A DNA stretch of 54,108 bases, counting the filler, from Bipalium vagum (taxonomy: Eukaryota): assembly GCA_037834085.1 (NCBI GenBank). It is 3 parts of 3 records of this genome, joined end to end, with 100 filler letters (N's around TTAATTAATTAA, not from the genome) between each part and the next. Parts side by side here need not be neighbours in the genome. Positions count along the whole stretch, not along the records: positions 1 to 15,900 come from JBBMKC010139258.1; positions 16,001 to 38,070 come from JBBMKC010227543.1; 1 more part is not named here. The stretch is one strand, 5' to 3'. This document shows, piece by piece, positions 14,114-25,600 of this stretch (position 1 is the stretch's first letter; each line of letters starts with the position of its first letter). The position numbers and the translations under genes are program-made. The notes beneath the pieces were generated by a model that saw only the letters and a list, made by a program, of their open reading frames with translations, was not told where the DNA came from and made no database searches.

Positions 14114-14569
14114 TAGTAGCTTAAACAAATTCTAAAAAATCAAAGTTACAATAAGATAGGCCGAGCGAAAATCAAGAGTATCTACTTAAATAAATAAATG
14201 GTTTTTTAAAGAAATACTGCATAATATTTATTAGTGATTGTGACATCACTATCACTAATAAATATCACTATCACACCACAAAATTAAGAGTTTTTAATAA
14301 GTTTTATTTGCACGACAGTTTCTTTTATTGTTTTCGAATCTGCAGCTTGATTTTTCGATATTAAAACAAACTTGATTTCTTTCTGAAAATATTAATTATT
14401 GGTTATTTAACGATTTTAAGTATTTAATTAATTATTCTACTCGCTTGTAATATTTTAGAAGTTCTTTAACATTAAACTTTTATTTTTAAAAGTTTTATTA
14501 ATAATAATTTAATATCCGAAAAAAATGCATTAATTTTAAATTACATTTACACTGAAAATTATTCTGATA

Positions 14570-14960
14570 AACCAATACGTAAAATTGACTATTATATCTG
14601 CACCATCTGTGGACAACACAAGGCCCAAAAGTCAGGGAGTGTTAAGTATCTGACGGTTAATCTTGGGTTTTGTTAACTACAGACTTTTAAAATCATGAGG
14701 AAATCAATAGTCCCTTTTTTATTGTGCGTCGTAAGAAAATGAAAAGCTAAGAAGAGATAATTAACTGGCTTGGAAAATAAAAAGAAGTTTTTCTACAACA
14801 GGAAACAAGAATTAAGAAAATCGGTTGCATCTTTCATTCATTTCCCAGATGTCCCAGATCTTGCACCATGTGGGTGTCACCTGTCGCTTTGGCTCTATTG
14901 AAAAAGGTCTTTTATGGAAAACGGAACTTTTGAGATGACATGATAATTTCCTCTAAAGCT
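14570..14960 (+). mobile_element. Mariner C-terminal fragment
   Basis: HFPDVPDLAPCGCHL resembles HPPYSPDLAPSDYHL. Confidence 0.55.
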
Positions 14961-15900
14961 TTCTAAATCAAATCTCTTCGTACGGAGACAAAACTGTATC
15001 CTTCTTTTATATACTGTATTAATTATACATTTGGCGAACGGAGTCTGGAGATAAATCACCATTGTTATGGGAGAAAAGAAATTTTGCTCAATTTTATCTG
15101 CTTGCCAGTCTCTGAAATCATATATCGAGCAGACCTGGACATGATGTAAATTTGTCTGTTTATTATGCATCGAATGTCATATTTATATTTGAATAGGGCA
15201 TTAAGAGGATTAGTGATCCTACGTCCAAGTGGCTCTTGTAAATTCCAAACGCGAAATTTACTTCAGTTGTAAGTAATGCGGGGGGATAAAAATTTAAATA
15301 TTTCAGAATTTTCAATATAATTTTGTTTAGATTGTCTGCAAAATTGTTAAGGTTCAACNNNNNNNNNNNNNNNNNNNNNNNNNNNNNNNNNNNNNNNNNN
15401 NNNNNNNNNNNNNNNNNNNNNNNNNNNNNNNNNNNNNNNNNNNNNNNNNNNNNNNNNNNNNNNNNNNNNNNNNNNNNNNNNNNNNNNNNNNNNNNNNNTA
15501 CTGTTATTATTAATTTCAATTTTATTTTTATTATTATTATCATTAATAATAATAATATTATTTTTATTTTATTATATATTAATGTAATTATTAGGACAAC
15601 CAAAAAATGCAAAAGTCTTAGAAAAAAGTAAAAACATTTTAAAGAATAATGCAAACAACTGCAAATTATTCAACAATGTAATTACTTTGCAAAAATTGAA
15701 AACCTGTTTAGAAATTTTTTTTATTAAAAATTAGATATGGATTACAAAACTTTATTCAATTTAACAGGTATCGGTATTATTCAATAGGTCAAAATATTAG
15801 GGTGAGTCATAATAACTCGCGTGTTTTACAAATTTTCTTTACATAGAAATATTATAAGTATATTAACTTTTAAATATCTAATTAATGTTTAATTTATATG

Positions 15901-16000
15901 NNNNNNNNNNNNNNNNNNNNNNNNNNNNNNNNNNNNNNNNNNNNTTAATTAATTAANNNNNNNNNNNNNNNNNNNNNNNNNNNNNNNNNNNNNNNNNNNN
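15901..16000. other. Artificial scaffold linker N44-TTAATTAATTAA-N44
   Basis: An identical construct occurs at 38071-38170; the 12-mer has stop codons in all six frames. Confidence 0.95.
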
Positions 16001-16050
16001 GCAATACTAACGTTGATTGTTAATATTTTTTTAATTCTTAAAAATTTTTG

Positions 16051-16140
16051 TTTTGAAGTTTATTATTCCATTTTGAAGTTTATTATTCTCATTTTGAAAT
16101 TAAAAAGGTATTATTCTCATTTTGAAATTAAAAAGGTATA
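16051..16140. repeat. Degenerate 20-28 bp tandem repeat
   Basis: ttttgaagtttattattc(c/tc)a twice, then ttttgaaattaaaaaggtat twice. Confidence 0.7.
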
Positions 16141-16492
16141 TAAAAATTTGAAAAGGAAATATCAAAACTTAAAAACATTGACTCCTTATATAATAACTCA
16201 ATAAATTTTAAATCCACTTTGCTTCATAATAATAACTTAAGAAAAGATACTGAAATATTTATTGTATAACCCAATACAAATCGTTTTCAAAGCACCATCC
16301 ATATAAGAGAAGTATGATGAAAAGGCATTCTAAAATAAATTAGTTTTCCAATTAAAGTGATAGTAGTTTTTTAGATAAATTTAAACGAAAATGAAATCAC
16401 AGCCTAAATTAGATAAAGCGCTTTAGATAAAACGATATCACAAAATAATTTCCTCGGTAAATTGAAAGCAATGTCAACCAATATTGAAGATG

Positions 16493-16696
16493 TTAAGATT
16501 TGGAATACAAATGTTTCCGGCTGCATAAATTGTTTAAATCGATATTAAGAGAGTCAAGGTCGTTCCACGTTGCACCAACTTTTAAATTCGATGTATGGGA
16601 TTGTTGTGATTTCGGTAATGAGTTAGAGGTTGGTAATGTGGTTTTTGGTATTGTGGAATTGATCGAAACAGGTTGAATTGTGTTTTCAAATATTTT
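16493..16696 (-). CDS. CLINT1: CLINT1 terminal exon
   Basis: ttttttccag acceptor, phase 0; KIFENT...KVGATWNDLDSLNIDLNNL...SKS*. Confidence 0.8.
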   Translation of the reverse strand, partial: KIFENTIQPVSINSTIPKTTLPTSNSLPKSQQSHTSNLKVGATWNDLDSLNIDLNNLCSRKHLYSKS

Positions 16697-19600
16697 CTGG
16701 AAAAAACGAGGTGAGTATAAAATATTTAATTAAAAATCATTATCATAATAATAATTATTAAATAAATGATCTGAAGTTCACTTTAAGATAAAAACAAAAG
16801 TTTTCAGGTCAATCCAATAAAATTAAATAATACAATATTAAATATATATCTAAACAAAGTAGAATATCAATATGATTTTGTCAATCGATTTTGAAAGATA
16901 AATTAGCATTTCGATCTATTCAGAAGCACTTAAATTTTTTGCAAAAATAGGTGTGTGTTATTGTCACCTCAAGAAATACTTTTTTATGGAAGATTCTTTG
17001 ATGGAAACTCATATTACTAGTTATGAAACATGGGTGTGCATGTGCCATGCATAAACAAGTCGCCAAGAAAGTGTTTTGTGTTCAAAAGTGAGCAGAAAAT
17101 AAAAATAATCGTCAAAACAATTCCAGAATCATTATCACACGTTGAACTTTTTTGTGATTTTCACAGTTCAGTTCATTATGAATTTCTTTTTGCCGGTTCA
17201 ACAGTAAATAAAGAATATTATTTGCCAATCAGGTGTCATTTGAGGTAAGTAATTCATAAGATTGACCAGATTTTTGGATAAAAAATACATGGATTTTGCA
17301 CCACAATAAAGCAATAGACCTGTTGCCTTCAAACTTAGTGATTTTTTTGTCAAAAATCAAACGAAAATTATTCATTAAGTACCATTTTTTCCCTCTGCTG
17401 AGGTTATCATTTCGTGGTCATGGTTTCAGTCAGTAGAAGAAATTCAAGAAAATTTGTAACGAGTTCTAAAGGCTATTTCAAAATGGAATCTAAAAGGTAC
17501 TTCAACGATTACAAAAAAAAGATGGAATAAAAGTGTTGCAGTAACTTGGGACTAGTTTGAAAAAGACAACATGAATTTTGATAATTAGATAAGCATTTTG
17601 AGTTTCATTTTAAAACTCTTTCATGTTCCTTTTGGTTGACTGTAAAACACACATTTGAAATTATTAAAAATATTTTGACAAACATTTTTTTAACTAAAGC
17701 TTGTTCTCCATAATCGATATGTGAGCATTTATAGCACTTGTTTTCAGAATTCCTGCAATAAGTGATAGTCATATGATCATTATCTATTTCAGGTACCTAT
17801 CAGAATGTGTTTTCCTTGAACTGGAAAATTTCCACTAGTAATATTAAGTTATTCTGAATTTTCGATTTATGTATATATTAATAAAGATCTGCCACCTGGA
17901 AGGTAATTTTAAAATTCTAACAAGTGTAGATTTTTGTTGTTATTTGCAAAGAATTCTGTCCAGCGAATATGAATTCTTTTATTTAAGTAGAAGATTCTGC
18001 ATCCATACGAAAAATTAATAAAAATCTAAGAGTTAGATCGGGCGAAGATGTTAGATCATATAAAATCAAATAATTTAACGAATCACCGGATTTTTGTGTG
18101 ATTTGGCGTTATTTTCAACTAAAAATGTTCGCTAAATATTGGTTTCTTCAGCTTCACACATTCATTTAATTTCTCCAGATAAAACCAGTAAAACCCAGAA
18201 TTAATGGTTTGGGTTCTTCGCTAACTATTGGAAAAAATTACACATTGGTTTTTGTTTGTTGTTGTTTTTAGTAAACATTATCAGATTTTATAACTCTCAC
18301 ATATTTCAATAATTTAGGTGTATTCAGAGATTGATTCAAAACATTTGTTAATTAAATAAAAATCAACAATATAAAAAACTAACAAAATCCGGTTTGAAAT
18401 CGTCATTTCTTGCACACTGGAACTGTTTGCTGTCAGAGCTGCTTATGAAGCCTGAATCAAAATCGTTCCAACTACGGAGATTTCCAAACTCTGCGTCAAG
18501 GTCACTTAAAAAAATTTTTTCGAAGTGAACAATTAAAACCTAACACTTACATATCTGTAACAGGACTAGAATCAACAGTGAGCAAAAGATCAAAATTCAT
18601 CCTTGATGTATTTGTTTTCGGATATTCAACAATTGGTTCAGAAAAATCGATAATAGGCACTTCCTATTTTGTTAAAAATATCAGAAATTTATTGAAAATT
18701 TAATTGTTTGCTAACAAAAAAATACGACAGAAAACTAAAATCAAGTGTAAATATTTATACTAAGTAATGGAAAACACCACGAATGTCTTCAACCTGACAT
18801 TAATTAGGTGTGATTATTATATATTTAATACTCTTCTTGAAGGTAGACATAATTTTTGTACACTAAAGTACTTTATTGTATTCAGAGAAGCTTACCTTCA
18901 TGTTGTTAGTGAAAAAATAAAAAATTGGAAATTATTTCACTCTACGGTGGCTTCAAAGGAAGAATAAAATAAGATCAGGTTTTACGTATTCGTTTAGATA
19001 AATTGTTAAGATTATATTAACTATCATACTGCTTAAATTTTATTATTCGTAAGAAACCTAATAATTATCTCAGGATAATTTTTAGGTTCTCTAATGAAAA
19101 CAAACAAATAAAAAAAGGTAATAAGTTTAGTTTTCAATGCCAAAAATATTAGGTCGACACATAATTAATTTGGTTTTTTATGGAAAACTTTAAATAACAA
19201 AAGAAGTCACAGAACAAATATATTAACTTAATACATAAGCACTATTGTTTTCTACGTCACTTAAAGTAAATGTAGATGGAAAATGTGATTCAAGGTATAT
19301 AAAAATAAACAACACAATATTATTGATTTTTTCACACCACTTTCTTTAAATATATAATAATCACTTATACAAATCACTGAAGTTGAATCAAACTATGATC
19401 ACTTTTAATTACTTAATCAGGTTTTCAAAAATCGGTAATTCAAATAAATTTCACATAAAAAATATAATAATTTAATAATTGATGATTATGAACCCATCAC
19501 TAAAGTTGAAATAAACTATGATCACTAGGACCGAATTTATATAACTTCATATTTCTTAAGTTTTGATTCTATAAAATTTTTTGAAAATCAATTTTTAATT

Positions 19601-22600
19601 TGAGTCATATTGAAAATTATTTAGTCAGAAGATTTTAATGTCATAATTTCTTTAAATTTTCATAATTATTTTAAAAAAATTAAAGAATTACAAATTATGC
19701 CAAAAATAAAATCAAGTACATTAAATCATTTAAAGAATGGTTAACGAATTTGACAAGGAAGTATATTTTAAGCGATGGAGATTACAATATATGAAACAAA
19801 AAAAGAAAATTCTGAAAAATGATTCAACATATTTGCAGCCCAAAATATAGCGTGGAATCGAAAATCATGGGTAACCTAAACTAATTTTATTAAGAAATAG
19901 GTAATCAAAACATGGTCTATCACAATTTTCAATCGATTTATGCGAGTGTTTTATTTTGATAAATGTTTCACCTGGAAAATTGAGCAACGTAAGATTTTGA
20001 AAATTTTTAAATAAATTAGATCAACCAAACAACTCCCGATAAAAAAGACAAAAACAGTGATTTATTTCAAATAAAGGATATGGTGTTGTTATTAAACGGG
20101 GAAGTTTTTCTAAAATGTTTGTCTCTCCTCTGGATATGATTTTTTTCCAGGTATTATGGGTGTTAATGATAGTCCTAGTCGCTTTTCCCATAATTGAATT
20201 AATTTCTGCTATTTTAAATCCTAATGCCCCGAATGTTTGGTAGTTTGATGGGATCCACGAACCCTAGGCTCCGATTATAAATGTTTTGATATCATAGTAC
20301 CATGTTCTTCCGAGTTTGAATTCGGCTTCGTCCAATAAAATCTGATATTTTTGTTAGTTTGCCTCGTCATTACCCTTGATAGAGATCTCTGACTCAAAGG
20401 GGACTTTGACGTCTATAAATAGGTATCTTTTAAGCCTTTTATTGGCTAAGAGTCTATCAGGAATTAAGATTTGACCTAAAAAATTCCTTTCTTTTCAACG
20501 TGCATTTCCCATTCCTTTTAAGTGTGGATAACAAATCAATTACGATAACGCGTACATCATTGTCTTTGTCGTACAGTAGGCATTATGTAGAGGCAGCTGC
20601 ATAAGGCTTGTCTCTTCATTCTCATAAGAATTTCTAAAGTTGCCGTGTTTTTTCAATTTTTTATTGGTTGGTAAATCATTAGTGCGATACTTCTGAATAA
20701 AGTACCACTCGTCTGTACTGCACATCTGTCCGTTCATCAGTTTTTTATTAAGGCGACCATTTAGGACAAAAGTTTTTACCAGTATTCCTGCGCTGCACAA
20801 GTTAGCCAAATTCTCAAACATTTTTTCCTCGATTTCCTCATGTAAGAATGGACATAGCAGGTGAGTTGCGAAATTGTCAAACATTGTGATTTTATTTCTA
20901 GCTTTGATGATTGTAATGATTCCACTGTTGTTGTCCAGTTGAAAGACTATTTTGATATTGTGGTACTTATCAAAATAATGTATATCCATGCTAATCTTGG
21001 ACCACCAGGATCTTTGATGGCCTCATTGTGTGTTTTGTTTAAACAGTCAATGCCAATTTATATTATCGTTGTGTTTGACTGAGATTTTAAGGAATTCAAG
21101 ATGAAATTCAGCATTTGTTTATCTGAGGTGTTCAGCATCCGATGAGCTTGTATGATTGACTGGGTTAAATATTCATCGAATGTTGATATACAACCCAGTC
21201 CACCATATTCTACTGGACAGTATAAATATCCAATTGGAGACGACGTTGAGTGTGAAAGTAATTCACGTAGATGCTTCCTAAGAATGAAATATAGAGAGTA
21301 ATGTGTACCTTCACTATTAGTCGTAGTTTAGGAGCAATTTAAATATGATATCGCTGTCTTAAGTTGCGGAACGCAAAGATTAGTTTCGAATGAAGGCCGT
21401 ATAGGCTTTTACGGCCTGTCAGGGATATTTTTTGCGCAACAGATTCGTGACTGATTCATAGGTATTATGAGGGTTTCGTTCACTTTTAAATCCCCAAGTA
21501 TCTGTACTATTCTCCATCCTTAGTATTAGGTATAGGGCTTCCGTTGATGTTTATCTGTCCGATCTTCTTAGAGAGATTTAAGAACGCGCATTTAAAGGCG
21601 TGGGCTGTCATCCCTGACCACAAGATAACATTAATCACATCGTTCAACATGTGTTGCAGATCTCCAATCTTGTTGGCAACAATAGCTAAGTTATCTGAGT
21701 AAGCAAATACTGCAAATTCCAACTGAGGGAATTTTCTGTAGTTTTCCGTCAAAACCGTATTTATCGTTATATTAAATAAAAACCTAGATAATGGACAGCC
21801 GTGTTTTACTCCTCTCTTAATTGCTATAGAGCCTGTAGAAATGGTCTCGCAGAAAACTTTGGTTATATACTTATATACAAACTTCCGTATGCATCTGCAA
21901 TATCAATGAAATAAATAAAAAGATCCTCCTTTTTTATTTAGCTTCCTCGATTTTCAGAGTCAGAATGAAGTTGTGTTAGGAATAGCCTTCAAACTGCTCT
22001 AATGATTTTTATTTTTTGTGCATCAACTTCTCTTCCCAAACTCAGTCCTCTAACTGTTTGCACAAAATTGACGTATAGAGCTTGCAGCTGGTATTTAGAA
22101 GAGCAATCGGACGTCATGTATTGACTTTCTAGTAGTCGTTTTTGTTCTGCTTTGGAATTAATTTTGTTGAATATTCTCTCGACAGGTCTGGTATCTTTCG
22201 TTCAAGCATTATTGACTATAAAAATGTTCGTAGATCAGGAGCTCTGGGTCAGTAATCACGATCTTGTTATATATGATCCCATGTGGGTCAGGGGAAGATT
22301 TTTTGTTTCTGCTTTTCAGAGTTTGTAGGATGTCATCTGCAGTTTCAGCTTGCTTGATTATTGGAGCAATCCGGACGACCAGTTAGGCGGCTCTGGGATT
22401 GTCGATTTTTTTTTAAAGTCCACCTTTATGTTATCCAGAGTTGGACATGTCCTAATTTCTGGCTCATCGATGTTTCATATTATCTCCATCGCTCATTTCA
22501 TGTTGTTGTTGAACATTACTTTGAGATTTTATGGTTTAGCGTTCCGTGTAAGCCTTAGGTCAGGTTTGGTCCGTTTTATAGTTTTCTTAGGTGTTGAGAT

Positions 22601-25600
22601 AGGAGCAGTGAATAGCTCCTGACTCATTTTGCTGGTCGAAGTTTGTTGCTTCGTGGCATCTAGCGATTCGAACACCTGATCTTCTTCACCTATGATAATA
22701 TTGTTGATTCCGTTTTCCTGATTAATGTTTTGTGAGTATGTTGTGAATTTCGTTGGAGAATAGGGTATGAAGTTTCCCTTTTGTGTTTTTGAAGTTAAGA
22801 TGGTCTTCGAAATTTTGCCCGTTATCCATCGTGATATTTACAGCCTTGTATTTTCCGTTTCTTCTTTTGTCAATATCAAATCTGACTTTAAGACTAGTTT
22901 TGAATCTGATATTTTTGTTAGGGATCCTGCAGTTAATACCTGTTTTGTGGCAAAATATTGTGGAATTGTCTTCTAATTTTAAAAAAGCATAATTGCTCTT
23001 TTCTCTACTATTCACTATGGTCTCTACAATTTTTCTTTGGATGATGTTCATCTTTTTACTTCTTTCAGTTACAGCTTGATGGATTTGTTTGGGCATTTGC
23101 GGTTTACATTGACGAAGGAATATATCTTGAATAATAATTTAAAAATTTCTGATATAAAAAATTTATACAGAAAAAACGTTTGAGAATCAATCGATGAAAC
23201 TACAAATGTTGAAGTTCTCGAAAAAACAAATAATTTATCAATCTTATCTGATACATCAATGCTATTGTTTTGGCTAAATATATTGTAGTTTGTAACAGAC
23301 GCAGTGCCAAATAAGATAAAAGCAGCAAATTGCTTAAGCTGATTTTAGAAAAATAAGATTCACTTAACACGCATTTTTCACGATTTTCATAGACCATTCG
23401 AAAATACAAGGAAGTATTTTCCGAAAGTAGACTGCTTAATTAGCAGCACAAAGAAATTATTTTCCAAATTTCACTATAGAATAGAAAAATTAAAGAATTT
23501 GTTCCAACTTTAAAGCTTCTACTGAAACCAGACATAGGTAAATGTTGACGTGGTTAGACGCAACTGTTTATTTTGCGAACTTTTCAATTTTAAAAGAAAT
23601 GATTTTTGAATTTGCAGGTGAAGAGTCAATTCTGCTTAAACATGCACAAAACATTTGAAATTAGATGGTATTTGTGAGTATTTCTTATACCTTAGAACAA
23701 ATTTTGCACGCTTACAGATAACAATGATAACTTTTGAAAAAAAGGCAACATTGTTTGTTGATTCGGTACATTCTATCAGAAATATGGAGAAAGCAATATG
23801 TCAAGGATAAGGGGAAGAAGGCTGTGCAATATTCAATAAATTTAGGTTGACTTTCAATAATTTGAATTTAATTTTATATGGTTATATTCTGAATTGTTAA
23901 AGTTATATAAATTCGAGCCCCAATAATTACTATTAATAACATAATTGGTTTAATAGAAATCGATGTCGAATGGAAAAGTATTTTTATTTTAATTTTATTT
24001 AAATTGATGTGACCAAGGTAATGATTGATTATAATAAATTATCGGATAATAGAAAATATTTTTCAATAGCTAAAAATAGAAATTTAATCTTTCACACTAG
24101 ATTTCGTTAAAGAAAAAAAAATCGTTAAAAAAAGTCAAGACTCAGAAAAACATTAATATCAAAAAGAATTATATTAGTAAAATTTTAATAGAAAGAATGT
24201 CAAAAATTTTTTTATCCATTTACATACTAAGTAAAATGTAACAAACTCTACTATATAAACTTTTTCATATCGAAAAAGTGTGGTCACAAAACAAGCATGC
24301 AATTTTTATTTTGAAGATAAATTTTATCTAAAACTCAAAAAATTGGCATTTATTGAGACTGTAGAAAATCCAGTCAAGTCACCATATAACATTAAAAATT
24401 CTGATTATATGAACATACGATCATTAACTGCAACAATGATTCCATTTTTGTTTCTAATGAAATGAAATAATTGATCGTTTTACATGTCTAATAAATTACG
24501 AAATTGATTATTTTTTATTGAATTTACAAAAATTTAGATTTTATAAAATTTTAATATTATTGATTATAATATCAAAGTTAAATAGCTTTATAAAATTAAT
24601 CAATATTTACATAATATTATAAAACTGAAAAATAAATAAATCAATTGTATTTATAATTTTCAAATCTCAAATGAAACGTATTCTTGTAATTCTTTAATAT
24701 TTATTTCATTAAAAATGTCTAAAGAATTAATATAGTTAAAAGAATTTCTTTTAAAGCAATGAAAATATTATCAAAATTAAGCAAAAAGCTTATTAAGAGA
24801 CTTCCTTGTTTACTATAATAATGTATAATTAATTTGATTTAAACAATTTAACAAAAATCAAATCGAAATATTAAAGAAAATTAAAAGTATGAAAAATAAT
24901 TCAGTAATAATTAAGATTACGAGATGATTCTTCATCAAGTTTTAAGAACTGCCGGGAAAAAATTGTCATGTAAACTGTAGTCACATAATCAAAACAAAAA
25001 ATCATTGACAATAATCTTAATTATTATAGCAATTAAAAACAATCTAATGAATTAATAATTAATAAATTTTTCCTTTCATTTGAACAAAATTTAAATAAAA
25101 TAAATACAAATTAAATATAGAAATCGATAATTTATTTTTATTAACTTTCATCATTATTATGTCAATATACTCTGTTCAAATATAAAGATGATCTATTTTG
25201 GTTAGACTTATTATTTATTAATTATCATAAGAAATTAGATTATTGATCAAATTGATTAAAAATATTTATCAATTGAAAATAATATTGATTTACGGTTATA
25301 ACTTCTTTGATTTCTTTAACCACCTTTTCTACCTTTTGTGATTCTACTGATAGAGTCTGTTTTGGTTTCTGAATATTTTTAGGTTGTTCCTTTTTTATTT
25401 CGAAAGTGCTAGCGATTTCATCATCCATCGGAGGTCTATGAATTATCAATTAAGCACAAAGATCAAAGATAATCTGTGTAGATTTTCTAAATTCATTAAT
25501 ATCAAAATAAAACCAAGAATCACTGATTCTTATCACAATATTATTTATTCTGAAACCTATACCTGGTTCCATACATATATTTAAATAACTAATCATCGTG

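Noticed and set aside
15163-15654. ORFs of 163 and 102 aa
   Set aside because: They read through an N gap and low-complexity AT sequence.
17684-17796. Extra CLINT1 exon (VPEIDNDHMTITYC...)
   Set aside because: Its exit phase is incompatible with the terminal exon, and exon 7 joins exon 8 directly in frame.
22350-22992. Plus-strand ORFs within the retrotransposon
   Set aside because: Antisense shadows of the minus-strand retrotransposon ORF.
23235-23258. U2 snRNA-like TTATCA..TATCTGATAC next to the retroelement (Utopia target?)
   Set aside because: Short AT-rich match, in the wrong orientation and on the wrong side for a Utopia insertion, and inside the hAT remnant.
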